Virus record (IMG/VR): IMGVR_UViG_3300011871_000002
Location: 64,001 to 128,000 of that record
Length of the DNA stretch: 64,000 nucleotides
Direction: 5' to 3' (one strand)
DNA from: a virus
Taxonomy: Duplodnaviria; Caudoviricetes
A program made the position numbers and the translations under genes. Shown one piece after another: positions 39,148-49,157 of this stretch. Under the pieces are notes generated by a model. It ran no database searches. It saw only the letters and a list, made by a program, of their open reading frames with translations, and was not told the origin of the DNA. The stretch's first letter is position 1; each line of letters starts with the position of its first letter.

Positions 39148-39474
39148 TTATTTCATGGTACTGGCTTGGCGGATCAGGTCGACGACACTAAAGTCGGGAA
39201 CCAAAATTTCGCTTAGGTCTTCGGGAACGACCAACGAGGAGGACAGTTCGTTCATCTGGCGCACACAGTAGTGATATTGCGGTGGGATTTCCAGCGCCGC
39301 AAAGAGCCCGTAGAGGTCACCCTTGAAATGCTCCACTTGCTTTGGTGTGACAGGGATGACCGTATTGCTAGGGTGGTAACGCAACAAGCTCATGTGATCA
39401 TCGATGACGTTTCGGATTGTGCGGGTATAAAACGAGGTAGGACCCGCGTCGTACGCTAGGTTATTAATGTCCAT
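39148..39474 (-). CDS. Small conserved protein, possibly LysM-like virion/baseplate protein
   Basis: 108 aa; GAGGA RBS; GDLYGL...MN...ILVP pattern. Confidence 0.45.
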   Translation of the reverse strand: MDINNLAYDAGPTSFYTRTIRNVIDDHMSLLRYHPSNTVIPVTPKQVEHFKGDLYGLFAALEIPPQYHYCVRQMNELSSSLVVPEDLSEILVPDFSVVDLIRQASTMK

Positions 39475-39488
39475 GGTTTTCCTCTGTA

Positions 39489-39518
39489 GATATTTAAGGT
39501 TACATATTACCGATCTGT
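39489..39518 (+). promoter_or_regulatory. Phage early promoter
   Basis: TACATATTAC-N5-TG upstream of nvRNAP beta. Confidence 0.7.
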
Positions 39519-39588
39519 ACTGGAAACAGTACCATTGTCATACAAAGAGTCTGTTGTTACAACACGAAAGAAAAGGAAGACAACACAA

Positions 39589-41736
39589 ATGCCATATGGA
39601 CACAATCCATCAGCACTCTACTACATCAAGACTGAACCCAATGAACTGAGAAGGGAGTTCTTGGGGGTGTGCGGGCTGAATCCATGGTTCGCGCACGATT
39701 CCTCGCCACGTCAGCAAATGTTCGCCAGTCACTTGGGACAGGCGCTGGTGATCAGCGGGGTCAGTCGCCGGTTCTTTCAGACCGGCATGGAAAGGGAATA
39801 CGGGAAGTACACGTTCTCGGTCAAGATGCCTACCACGGGAGACATCATCAAGATCGTGGAACGCTATCGCCGCGGGATCGACGCAGGCCAGGTCAATGCA
39901 TTACAGTGCCCGCAGCGCGTGTTGATTTACGAAGACGAGCGCACCAAAGAAATCGGCTGCATCGATTTGCCTACGCACCCGCAGAATCACCCGTACTTCA
40001 GTTTCGAGTACAAGGCATGCGATGCACTGCATCAACTGGCGGCCGGGAACCGCGAGTCGTTCATGAAGGGCGAAATCTTCTTGGACTCGCCAGCCAAGTT
40101 CAAAGGCGGTCATTACGGCTATGGGTTGGAATGCAACATGGCATTCATCTCGTTGCCAGAGACATCCGAGGATAGTGTGCTGGTCTCGGAAGAGATTCTG
40201 CCTTTGATGTCGTTCAAGATCTACGAACGACGTACGGTGGAATGCGGGCGTGATAGCTTCCCGCTGAACATGTTTGGCACCAAAGACGTGTTCAAGCCGT
40301 TCCCTGAGATCGGCGAATACATTCGTCCGGATGGCCTAGTCATGGCGACGCGGCGCTACAGTGAGAATTCGGCGCTGTTTGAAATGAGCGTGGAAGACAC
40401 CATGAAGTTGAACATCCCGTTCGACTGGCCCTGCTATGCATCGCCTGGCAAGGGCAAGGTGGTGGACATCATCATCTGGCACGATCCGATGAATACTTCG
40501 GGACTCGTGCCGTACGGCATGGATGAAATGTTCAAGAAGTACCACCGTGGCATGCGTGCGTACCATCAGGAAATCTTCAACGAGTGGAAACGTTTGAAGC
40601 GGGCGCGCGGTAACTCGCTGCGCTTGACGCCGGCGATGAGCAACCTGGTGAAAGAATCGATCGCCATGGTGGGCGAGCATAAAGAGCGCATTCACATGCA
40701 TCGCCGCCGCAAGCCACTGGACGATTACACGATTGAATTCGTGATCGAGTACGAAGTCGTACCCACCGAAGGCTTCAAGCTGACGGACTGCCATGGCGGC
40801 AAGGGCGTGATCTGCAAAATCAAGCCAGCCCATGAAATGCCGGTGGATGCAGACGGCCGCCGCGCCCACATCGTGATGGACCCGAATTCCACCGTGTCAC
40901 GGATGAACATCGGGCGCTTGTACGAGCAGTACCAAAATGCTGCGCGTGACAAAGTGCGGCGCGACCTCCAAGCTATGTTAGGGATCGAGCATAAGGACCC
41001 GAGAGCGATCCACAAGGTTACCGAAATCAAGTACAGTGACCCGGAATTGTTCAACCGCGCCTGGGACTACCTGATGGGGTTCTACAAAATCATTTCGCCC
41101 ATCCAGCACAACTGGCATGCGACGGGAGAATACAAAGACCCGCCAGAAGTACACCTCGGCAAGTGTATCGGTGACGACATCTATGTCTTCTTGCCGCCGG
41201 AAAATGAACCAGAGTCGGAACAAATTGTTCACGACCTGCAAAAGTATTATCCGCCGACGTATGGTCCAGTGTGGTATGTGGGCAATTCGGGCCGGCGCAT
41301 CTTGACCAAAGAAAAGGTCATGATTGGTAGCATGTACGTGATGCTGCTGGAGAAGACGGGGGACGATTGGACAGCAGTGGCGTCGGGCAAGACCCAGCAC
41401 TTCGGGGTACTGTCGCAGATGACCAATGCCACCAAGTACCTGCAACCGACTCGCAATTCGCCGATCCGTTCGGACGGTGAAGCAGAAAACCGCATCTTCG
41501 TGTCGTACTGTGGCTGGGAGTTGGCTGCTGAGCGTCACGATCGTAACAACAACCCTGCCACCCACCGCCAAGTGGTGTACAGTGTGTTGACAGCGGATAA
41601 ACCAACCGACATCCAGTGCGCAGTCGACCGTGTCAAGGTGCCGCGTGGTCAGAATCGCCCACTCATGATGGTGAAGCACCTGTTGCAAACCGGTGGTACC
41701 CGTGTCGATTATACCGACGTGGGGTATGTACACTGA
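39589..41736 (+). CDS. Non-virion RNAP beta-like subunit, C-terminal part (gp71-73-like), uninterrupted
   Basis: GFKLTDCHGGKGVI (compare GDK...RHGNKGV), SRMNIG and SEDS motifs. Confidence 0.9.
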   Translation: MPYGHNPSALYYIKTEPNELRREFLGVCGLNPWFAHDSSPRQQMFASHLGQALVISGVSRRFFQTGMEREYGKYTFSVKMPTTGDIIKIVERYRRGIDAGQVNALQCPQRVLIYEDERTKEIGCIDLPTHPQNHPYFSFEYKACDALHQLAAGNRESFMKGEIFLDSPAKFKGGHYGYGLECNMAFISLPETSEDSVLVSEEILPLMSFKIYERRTVECGRDSFPLNMFGTKDVFKPFPEIGEYIRPDGLVMATRRYSENSALFEMSVEDTMKLNIPFDWPCYASPGKGKVVDIIIWHDPMNTSGLVPYGMDEMFKKYHRGMRAYHQEIFNEWKRLKRARGNSLRLTPAMSNLVKESIAMVGEHKERIHMHRRRKPLDDYTIEFVIEYEVVPTEGFKLTDCHGGKGVICKIKPAHEMPVDADGRRAHIVMDPNSTVSRMNIGRLYEQYQNAARDKVRRDLQAMLGIEHKDPRAIHKVTEIKYSDPELFNRAWDYLMGFYKIISPIQHNWHATGEYKDPPEVHLGKCIGDDIYVFLPPENEPESEQIVHDLQKYYPPTYGPVWYVGNSGRRILTKEKVMIGSMYVMLLEKTGDDWTAVASGKTQHFGVLSQMTNATKYLQPTRNSPIRSDGEAENRIFVSYCGWELAAERHDRNNNPATHRQVVYSVLTADKPTDIQCAVDRVKVPRGQNRPLMMVKHLLQTGGTRVDYTDVGYVH

Positions 41737-41785
41737 TGCGTTCCCCTTAGGAAAGAGGGTGCATGACAATACAAAAGGAGGAACC

Positions 41786-43885
41786 GTGAACAAATTGAAA
41801 CGTATCAGTGCGCGTGCCCTGCTCGATTTTACCCAAGAACAGCTGTGGGAAAATCTGCACGGACCATTTACCTTGGTGTTCGACGATGGTTTCGCCATCG
41901 ACACCAATGCGCGTGAAACCATCTTCAGTGGTTACGGCTGGGAACTGCACCGGCTTTACCGGCAAACCCCGCTGCTGTACAAGCACCACGTGCGCTTCGT
42001 ACTCAATGGTGGATTGCTCAACTCCGACACCCACTTGCTGATGCTCAGTAACTGCATGTGGAGTGTGTATGACCAATACCTGCTGCCAGACTACAAAGCA
42101 CGCCTGCTGAGTAAGAATGAAGAAGGCCAGGTCATCGAAAAGGTAGTCGCAGAAGTGGTGATGCGCGAACACCTGTTCAAGCGGGCGTACGAGTTGACCA
42201 ACTATATTTACAACGACCTCAGCTATCGTTGTGAAGAGTATGTGGTTTCACTCAACATCCTGGACTTCATGGAGATCCTTGCGCACCCCAAAGTGCGCGA
42301 GATCAACAATACCTTGCAGCCGACTCCCACGTCGGTGAACAATGCGTACAAGGTGGTCAAGGAGACGCTGCGCAATGCGCCAGAACTGCAACACAATCCG
42401 CTGGCCAAGGCAGTGCATTCGCGTACTGTGAAAGAAGACCAGCTGATGCAGTGCTTGACGGCGCGTGGTACGCTCACGGACGTGGACTCGTATGTGTTTC
42501 GTCCGCCGGTATTGCGCGGTTACGCACGCGGTTTCCGCAGTCTCTACGAGGCGCTGGTGGAATCGCGTTCGGCCGCCAAATCCTTGGCGTCGTCTAAGGC
42601 CCAGCTGCAAGATGCGGAATACTTCTCGCGCCGCCTGCAACTGATCGACCAGATCGTCCAGAATCTGCACATGGGCGATTGCGGCTCGACCCAGTACTTG
42701 AACTGGTACATGCGACCAGAGCTGAAGGAGGGTGGGCGGGTGGTGCGCAAGTCCGACCTGAAGGGTATGGTCGGCAAGCACTACGTGGACGACAATGGCA
42801 AGCTCCAGACCATTGGCGATAAGGATACCCACCTGATCGGCCAGAAGCTGCGGCTGCGGGCGGTGCGTTTCTGCCGCCACCCTGACCCGTACGGCATTTG
42901 CAGTACATGTTTCGGTGAACTGTCCTTGTCAGTGCCGGCCGGTTCGAATATCGGGCACATGTGCTGTACCCACATGACGCAAAAGAGTAGCCAGTCGGTG
43001 CTCTCGCTGAAACACCTCGACATGTCCTCGGACGTGGATGGCGTGGTCATCGATACGTTCATGCGCAAGTTCGTGCGGGCTTCGTCTGACGAAAGCTCGT
43101 ATGTGCTGGCACCGGAACTGAAAGCGGCAGACTCGGTTAGGCTGATCGTGGCGATTTCGCAAGCACGTGGCCTGACAGATATCCGCGATGTGGACGATGT
43201 GGAAAAGCTGACCCTGTCGCACGTGTCGGAGATGGAAACCATCACCATCGAAACCGCATTGAATGGCATCGCGGCAACCGATGTGGTGCCGGTCAAGTTG
43301 GCTAACCGCAACGCCAGCATGACCCATTACCTGCTGGATTACATCAAGGAGTTTGGCTGGGGGATGGACGATAAGGGCAACTACGTGATTGACATGGGTA
43401 AGTGGGATTGGGACCTGCCGTTCCTGACCCTACCGCCTAAGCATTACAACATGAGCGACCACTCGGCCGCTATTGCGAAGATGCTGGAGTCGACCGTGAA
43501 CGAGGCAGAAGACCGTGACAATAACACCGATCCGTCGGAGTTCTTGCGCGAGTTCCATGACCTTGTCAACGACAAACTCAATGTCAATTTCGCAGTCAAC
43601 GAAGTGATCGTGCTGGGTGTCACGATCCGCTCGGCCAAGGACTTTGACTACCGTCTACCTAAGCCGGGCACGCCAGAAGGTTTGGGTGTGCGTTCCAACA
43701 TCATGTACTACCGTAGTGCAACTGCACTGTTCGCCTTCCAAGGGCACCGCGAGTTCTTGCGGCATCCGACCTCGTACCTGAAGGAGGTGAACAAGCGTCG
43801 TCCAAATCACCCAATGGACGGTTTCATCGCGCCGCAAGAAGTGTTGGCGGCGGAACAGCAAAGGAAAGGTTGGGTCAACGACTAA
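41786..43885 (+). CDS. Non-virion RNAP beta'-like subunit, C-terminal part (gp74-like)
   Basis: Bridge-helix-like SRSAAK...YFSRRL, DCGS, C...GICSTCFG Zn site, trigger-loop-like QSVLSLKH; AGGAGG RBS before GTG. Confidence 0.88.
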   Translation: MNKLKRISARALLDFTQEQLWENLHGPFTLVFDDGFAIDTNARETIFSGYGWELHRLYRQTPLLYKHHVRFVLNGGLLNSDTHLLMLSNCMWSVYDQYLLPDYKARLLSKNEEGQVIEKVVAEVVMREHLFKRAYELTNYIYNDLSYRCEEYVVSLNILDFMEILAHPKVREINNTLQPTPTSVNNAYKVVKETLRNAPELQHNPLAKAVHSRTVKEDQLMQCLTARGTLTDVDSYVFRPPVLRGYARGFRSLYEALVESRSAAKSLASSKAQLQDAEYFSRRLQLIDQIVQNLHMGDCGSTQYLNWYMRPELKEGGRVVRKSDLKGMVGKHYVDDNGKLQTIGDKDTHLIGQKLRLRAVRFCRHPDPYGICSTCFGELSLSVPAGSNIGHMCCTHMTQKSSQSVLSLKHLDMSSDVDGVVIDTFMRKFVRASSDESSYVLAPELKAADSVRLIVAISQARGLTDIRDVDDVEKLTLSHVSEMETITIETALNGIAATDVVPVKLANRNASMTHYLLDYIKEFGWGMDDKGNYVIDMGKWDWDLPFLTLPPKHYNMSDHSAAIAKMLESTVNEAEDRDNNTDPSEFLREFHDLVNDKLNVNFAVNEVIVLGVTIRSAKDFDYRLPKPGTPEGLGVRSNIMYYRSATALFAFQGHREFLRHPTSYLKEVNKRRPNHPMDGFIAPQEVLAAEQQRKGWVND

Positions 43886-43972
43886 TCCACAAGGGCGGAG
43901 GGATGCTTAGTTGGCATCCCTCCATTTTTGGTGCGGCATGTTGTCGTTCGTTTTTTGCAAGAAAGGTCCTCA

Positions 43973-45517
43973 ATGCCAGAACTTCGCGTCCATGTACGCA
44001 CCCATCACATTTTGATTCGTGACATTGCCCTCCGAGCGCGTCCTGCGCTATTGGAGCTGGTGCGTCGGTATTCAGAATTTGGCAGCCAACGTTTGCCCAA
44101 TGGACGCTACGTCAAAATTCACGTGCGTACGTACGCTGCCAGAACTCAAGATTGGCAAGAGTTACGGTTTCACATCAACCAGTTGCCCGCGCTGAAAGAG
44201 GTACTGAAGAAGCACCAAATCGAGGGCGACATGGTGGAATACATCACGACGCCTACCTATGAACCCACGCGGGTCGAGTTACGGATTCTGGATAAATGGC
44301 AGCCGCGCGATTATCAATTGCCGGTGCTGGAATTCATGAACACCCGCAACCCCCCACCTCCGTTTCCGCAAGGTTATACGGCAGCCAAACTGGTGGCAAT
44401 CCAAACCGGCAAAGGCAAAAGCTTTTGTGGGATGAATTCCATGTCCCATTACGGTGCGCGTGCATGGATTAACATCAAGCCCATGTACATCGAGAAATGG
44501 ATTGAAGATGTGCTAAAGACGTACGACATTACGGAAGACGATATCCGGGTCGTGCAAGGTGGTGCGGCAATGATGAAACTACTGGACGATGCGTTAAACG
44601 ATAGCATCACCGAAAAGATCATCATTACCAGTAACAAGACGTATCAGAATTACCTCAAGATGTACGAGCTATTTAGCTACAAGCTCGCAGACCATGGTTA
44701 CGCGTTTCCGCCTGACCAGTTCTGTGAAGCATGTGGTATTGGCTTTCGTTTGATCGATGAAGTCCACCAAGACTTCCACCTGAATTTCAAGGTCGACCTA
44801 TACACCCATGGGCCGGTGTCGATTTCCTTGTCTGCCACACTCACTTCGTACCAGTCGTTCATGGAACAGATGTACGAGATCGCGTATCCGCGTGAAGTGC
44901 GGTATGACAAGATGGAGTATCACAAGTACGTATCCGCGCGTTCCTTGATTTGGGGTTTGCAGTTCCCGCAAAAGGTGAAGTACAAAAACGGCGGCAGTTA
45001 CTCGCACAATGTGTTCGAGCAAAGCATCCTCAAGTACAAGGGGATGACGAGTAACTATCTGGAAATGATGCGCTCTACCATTAACATCGATTTCATGCAG
45101 GATCGACGCGAAGGTGACCGCTGCTTGATTTTCTGTGCATCGATCGACATGTGTACGGTCGTCACGGATTACATGAAGGCTCAGTACCCGAACTTGGATG
45201 TTCGTCGGTACGTAGAGAAAGACCCGTACGAGAACGCAATGGAGCCAGACATCATTGTCTCCACCATGTTATCGGCAGGCACGGCTCTGGATATTCCTAA
45301 TCTGCGCATGGTCTTCATGACCACCTGTATGCAAAGTAAGCAAGGCAATATCCAAGGGTTCGGGCGGTTGCGTTTTATCGAAGGGGTGAAGTTGCGTTTC
45401 GTTTATACGGCATGCGAGAGTATTCCCAAGCAGATGGCTTATCACGAAGAAAAGAAAACCTTGCTTCGTGATCGTGCTTTGTACTACCGCACGGATTATT
45501 ATCGCACGCCTGTATAA
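43973..45517 (+). CDS. SF2 (DExH) helicase (gp75-like)
   Basis: QTGKGKS, IDEVH, LSAT and QGFGRLR motifs. Confidence 0.9.
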   Translation: MPELRVHVRTHHILIRDIALRARPALLELVRRYSEFGSQRLPNGRYVKIHVRTYAARTQDWQELRFHINQLPALKEVLKKHQIEGDMVEYITTPTYEPTRVELRILDKWQPRDYQLPVLEFMNTRNPPPPFPQGYTAAKLVAIQTGKGKSFCGMNSMSHYGARAWINIKPMYIEKWIEDVLKTYDITEDDIRVVQGGAAMMKLLDDALNDSITEKIIITSNKTYQNYLKMYELFSYKLADHGYAFPPDQFCEACGIGFRLIDEVHQDFHLNFKVDLYTHGPVSISLSATLTSYQSFMEQMYEIAYPREVRYDKMEYHKYVSARSLIWGLQFPQKVKYKNGGSYSHNVFEQSILKYKGMTSNYLEMMRSTINIDFMQDRREGDRCLIFCASIDMCTVVTDYMKAQYPNLDVRRYVEKDPYENAMEPDIIVSTMLSAGTALDIPNLRMVFMTTCMQSKQGNIQGFGRLRFIEGVKLRFVYTACESIPKQMAYHEEKKTLLRDRALYYRTDYYRTPV

Positions 45518-45576
45518 AAAGGTGGAGGAGGCAACTCCTCCACCTATGCCGGACAGTTAAAAAAGAAGGAGTAGCA

Positions 45577-45864
45577 ATGAATACGTACCACGTCCTCATT
45601 GAAGGGAACGTCTTGACCAAGGAGCAAGCAGCAGCGGTCAAGCTCTCGGTAGAGTTATTGTTTAATCGCACCACGCGCTTCTTGCGTGACTATAGCCACT
45701 GGAAGGAGGAACGGATCAAAAAGTATGTGAGTGACTATCTGCACTCCGCAGAAGTCTTGCGTGCCTTTGACCCCAACTGGAGTTGCCCCAATATTGTCTT
45801 TGTTGCGGGAGTAGCCCAGTTAGTCAAACCTGCCGATGAACTATTCGGCAACAAAAATAGCTAA
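45577..45864 (+). CDS. Small hypothetical protein, paralogue of the next gene
   Basis: 95 aa; AAGGAG RBS. Confidence 0.7.
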   Translation: MNTYHVLIEGNVLTKEQAAAVKLSVELLFNRTTRFLRDYSHWKEERIKKYVSDYLHSAEVLRAFDPNWSCPNIVFVAGVAQLVKPADELFGNKNS

Positions 45865-45879
45865 GAAAGGAAAGAGGAA

Positions 45880-46200
45880 ATGGAAATCGAAACCATGCAA
45901 CATACCGTCATCATCGATGGTCACGAACTGAACCCGGCGCAAGCCAACGCAGTGGTACAAGCCATCGAAGACCAATTCAGTCTCGGGCTCGACGAGATGT
46001 ACGACAACGATGTCGATGAAAATGCCAAGATGGATTCGGCGCCGTATCTGCTATCGCTGGCAGAAGTGCTGGCCAAGATCGATCCCGAATTTAGTCCGGA
46101 CGACATCGCCATCGTGGAAGGCGCTGCCGACTTCACCGGTAAACTTTCGGAGTATGGCGTCGATGAAGTACCGGTCGACGATCTGGACGAAATCGAGTAA
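45880..46200 (+). CDS. Small very acidic protein
   Basis: 106 aa; about 28 D/E against 3 K and no R. Confidence 0.75.
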   Translation: MEIETMQHTVIIDGHELNPAQANAVVQAIEDQFSLGLDEMYDNDVDENAKMDSAPYLLSLAEVLAKIDPEFSPDDIAIVEGAADFTGKLSEYGVDEVPVDDLDEIE

Positions 46201-46202
46201 GT

Positions 46203-46241
46203 CGGCATAAAAAGCTAGGGGAAACCCTAGCTTTTTTCTTT
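46203..46241 (+). terminator. Terminator with CGGCATAAA
   Basis: AAAAGCTAGGG/CCCTAGCTTTT stem plus T-run. Confidence 0.85.
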
Positions 46242-46259
46242 GTCATTTTGGTGGATTCA

Positions 46260-46290
46260 AACAAATTATGGTCACATATTCTTTCGGTGA
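46260..46290 (+). promoter_or_regulatory. Phage early promoter
   Basis: CAAATTATGGT-CACATATTCT-N5-TGA. Confidence 0.65.
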
Positions 46291-46343
46291 ATTGGAAGTA
46301 GTAACTTCTATTTGTTCATTTATTCACTGGAGAATTTGCAACT

Positions 46344-47042
46344 ATGACGACCATTATTTACAAAGCTGGTAAACTCTACGCTGACAGCCGCATCACTCAA
46401 GTCGCCCTGAAAGATGGCGAATGGGTTTCGGAGTCGCACAGCGATACCGAAGTAAAGATTTACGAACCACGCCACCTCTACATGGGCGGTAAGCGTATTC
46501 TCGCTGTAGGTATTGCTGGCTTAGCGAGGATGAAACAAATGCTCGAAGGTCTGGATGACATCGCAGAGAAGAGCAGTGGCTTTTTCAACATGGATGATGC
46601 GGATGTTCCTGCCGCTATCCAGGCACACCTGCCGTTCAAAAGTTCCCTCGTGATGGTCACGACCGCCAATGTGTTTGTGATCGAAGCTACCAAGGAAGAG
46701 TACAAGGTGTCGAAGTTTAACCTTGCGCACTACCTTGCAACGGGTAGTGGTGTTGACAAAACACCGCAAATTATCGAGACTGTAAAGAAGGTCTCGCCTG
46801 AAGTGGCCATGGTCGATGCGATGCTGGCCGATAGCGCTACGGGCGGTGAGGTGTCGGTGTGGCAGTACGGCCGTACCGGCATCGAGCGCTATGTGCCGAA
46901 GCGCGCATACTCGAAACTGGATCGCTATATGACGGCGTGGTGCCACTCGATCGCACTGGTGCGCGATGTGACTCGCATGATCATCTCGTTGGCGAAATAC
47001 CAAGCAGAAGATCAAAAGAGCGCTAAGCTGGTTTGCCAGTAA
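46344..47042 (+). CDS. Ntn-hydrolase (HslV/proteasome-beta-like) protein
   Basis: N-terminal M-TTII...ADSR, ATGSG and DSATGG motifs. Confidence 0.7.
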   Translation: MTTIIYKAGKLYADSRITQVALKDGEWVSESHSDTEVKIYEPRHLYMGGKRILAVGIAGLARMKQMLEGLDDIAEKSSGFFNMDDADVPAAIQAHLPFKSSLVMVTTANVFVIEATKEEYKVSKFNLAHYLATGSGVDKTPQIIETVKKVSPEVAMVDAMLADSATGGEVSVWQYGRTGIERYVPKRAYSKLDRYMTAWCHSIALVRDVTRMIISLAKYQAEDQKSAKLVCQ

Positions 47043-47125
47043 ACGCGCGTTAATTAATTAAACAAGAAAGAAGGGAGGGGACTACCCTCTCTTTCTTCAA
47101 ATAACTATTCAAGAAAGGAAGTACC

Positions 47126-47254
47126 ATGCAACACGCACAAAACAATTTCAAAGACACCCAAGCCAAGAACAAAGATGGCTGGGTGATGGTCGCGGTAGCA
47201 GTGTTCGTTCTGGTGAGTGTGTCGGTACTGTTCGCTCACGCGGTGGGGGGTTAA
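47126..47254 (+). CDS. Small single-pass membrane protein (42 aa, not in the ORF track)
   Basis: AAAGGA RBS; MQHAQNNFKDTQAKNKDGWVMVAVAVFVLVSVSVLFAHAVGG. Confidence 0.6.
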   Translation: MQHAQNNFKDTQAKNKDGWVMVAVAVFVLVSVSVLFAHAVGG

Positions 47255-47257
47255 ACA

Positions 47258-47692
47258 GTGAGTATGAATTTTAAGGGAGCGTTTCATCAGCTCGAGGCTG
47301 ATCTGCAAGTGAAGGTCTTCGAGGAATTCGTCGTCAACGGTCTTAGTTATAAGAAGATCGATGAAAAGTATGGGTTCGGCGCTGGTCGCGCTAAGCGCTA
47401 TGTGTCGGAGGCGAGTATCATGCTCTGGCGCGGCTACAAGGATTGTGTTTTGTTTCCAGAACCGCACGGCTACGATTCTGGCTACCTTATCCATGAAAAC
47501 AGTAGCCACCATGTACTTGGTAAAATGGGTGATGGTCGGGCATTTTTCCCTAGCCACCGCGAGGTCCATGAAATCGAAGTCCGGAACAACTGGCCCTTTG
47601 AAACGGATAAAATGCGAGAGCAAAAGGACATTTACGCCCACGTGATCTACCTTTACCGGGCGGATCGTAAGAAAACAAAAGAAGCAGCATAA
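47258..47692 (+). CDS. Hypothetical protein, possible N-terminal HTH
   Basis: 144 aa; GLSYKKIDEKYG pattern. Confidence 0.6.
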   Translation: MSMNFKGAFHQLEADLQVKVFEEFVVNGLSYKKIDEKYGFGAGRAKRYVSEASIMLWRGYKDCVLFPEPHGYDSGYLIHENSSHHVLGKMGDGRAFFPSHREVHEIEVRNNWPFETDKMREQKDIYAHVIYLYRADRKKTKEAA

Positions 47693-47708
47693 CAAGAAAG
47701 GAATCACT

Positions 47709-48212
47709 ATGTCACAGCACCACATTAGCGCACGCGGTCTGCTCAGTCTTCTGGTGGGTAAAGACATCGGTTGCCCGATCACCTTGGAGAATATCATCGA
47801 AGACTGCATCCATAATCGTGACCGGACTGCCGAACCAAGAATCACCATGCTCAATGGTGACTCCTCGGAAAGTCAAGAAGTAACGATCGCCAAGCAGTTG
47901 TTGCAAAGTCTGGACGAAGTGGGGTACCAAATCGTGCGGAAAGATACCCCCGCCATACCTATTATCGAACCCGACAATCAGCTCAAGCCACTTGAGTGGC
48001 GTCAGTATCACTACAAAGCAAAAGTTGTTGACAAAGAAGGTGTAACCCATCACGTAAGGGGAAGCACCAGGTTTCCTGTCGGAGATAGTGTTAAAGCTGA
48101 AGACATCGTGCGTTCAGTAAAGTGTGCGATTCTTATTAAGCATTTTGAGTCAGGAATAGCCAATGACCTAGACAAAGTCACACTCTTGGAAAACGTCAGG
48201 ATCGACGGTTGA
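47709..48212 (+). CDS. Hypothetical protein
   Basis: 167 aa; AAGGGA RBS. Confidence 0.65.
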   Translation: MSQHHISARGLLSLLVGKDIGCPITLENIIEDCIHNRDRTAEPRITMLNGDSSESQEVTIAKQLLQSLDEVGYQIVRKDTPAIPIIEPDNQLKPLEWRQYHYKAKVVDKEGVTHHVRGSTRFPVGDSVKAEDIVRSVKCAILIKHFESGIANDLDKVTLLENVRIDG

Positions 48213-48296
48213 CGGCATAAAAAGCATTTCGAGGAGGACTCCGTAATGGGGTCCTCCTCTTATGCCGCGAAAAGAGCGATGCTCTTTTTTTTTTGT

Positions 48297-48770
48297 CTAG
48301 ACGACCGGTTCGCAGTCAAGCCAACCGTAAGGCAGGTAGACCGTGGTCTTGAGAGGTAACGGCCCCAAGATCCGGGAAACTACCGGTTCGACTTCTTCCC
48401 ACCACAGTAGGCCGCCATTGCCACAGCCCGGTGGCGGCATGGCCAATTCCGTGATCCCATATTTCTCATAGTTCTTGGCGATGTCGTTCAACGCCGCTTC
48501 GATCCATTCGATCTTAGATGGGTTCTTCCAGTGCATTTTAGTGGGCATGCACAGGACTTTACGGGTGGGTGAATGGTCCCAGAGGAAGTTTCGGTTCGTC
48601 CTGAAGAAGTAGCCCCGGCAGGCGCGCTTGTACGCTACATATAGCGTCGGATACTGTTCCTTAAACCACTTGGCCACACCTGCTCCCATGACTCCCACAG
48701 TATTGACCGTGCAGGTGATGGTTTGTGCGTCGCTATCGGCGATGCTTCCTTCTACAAAGAAAACAGGCAT
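48297..48770 (-). CDS. Macrodomain ADP-ribose glycohydrolase (DarG/TARG1-like)
   Basis: VNTVGVMGAGVA, PTKMHW and PGCGNGGL motifs. Confidence 0.85.
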   Translation of the reverse strand: MPVFFVEGSIADSDAQTITCTVNTVGVMGAGVAKWFKEQYPTLYVAYKRACRGYFFRTNRNFLWDHSPTRKVLCMPTKMHWKNPSKIEWIEAALNDIAKNYEKYGITELAMPPPGCGNGGLLWWEEVEPVVSRILGPLPLKTTVYLPYGWLDCEPVV

Positions 48771-48785
48771 AGTGCCTCCATGTGA

Positions 48786-49157
48786 TTAAGTGCCAAGTGG
48801 TGGCGCGCTGGCGATGAGCTTGCTATCGGCAGCTTGCTTGGCGCGACATTCTTCGATGATGATCTCCACCTTTTCACGGGGATATTCCATCAACTCTTTC
48901 AGGGACAAACCAGTGTACTTCAAAACATCAAAGGCCATGAAGTCTTTCACGCGCCGCTGGAATGCCCCACCTTTGGAGCTATTCTCAGCGGGTCGAAGCG
49001 TCACAAGTGCGAGTGGATGAACATTGGGCTGATCGTGGTTGAAGATACCAAACACGGTTTCATACCGCTCGCGCATGGCTAACTGCGTGTCCGAAGAGAG
49101 CATCTTCGGTGCCTTCTCCAATGCACTAGCGATCTCGGTGCGCATCGCTAGGTCCAA
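48786..49157 (-). CDS. Conserved protein, possibly tail/baseplate assembly chaperone
   Basis: 123 aa; GLSLKELMEYP resembles tail-chaperone motifs. Confidence 0.4.
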   Translation of the reverse strand: MDLAMRTEIASALEKAPKMLSSDTQLAMRERYETVFGIFNHDQPNVHPLALVTLRPAENSSKGGAFQRRVKDFMAFDVLKYTGLSLKELMEYPREKVEIIIEECRAKQAADSKLIASAPPLGT

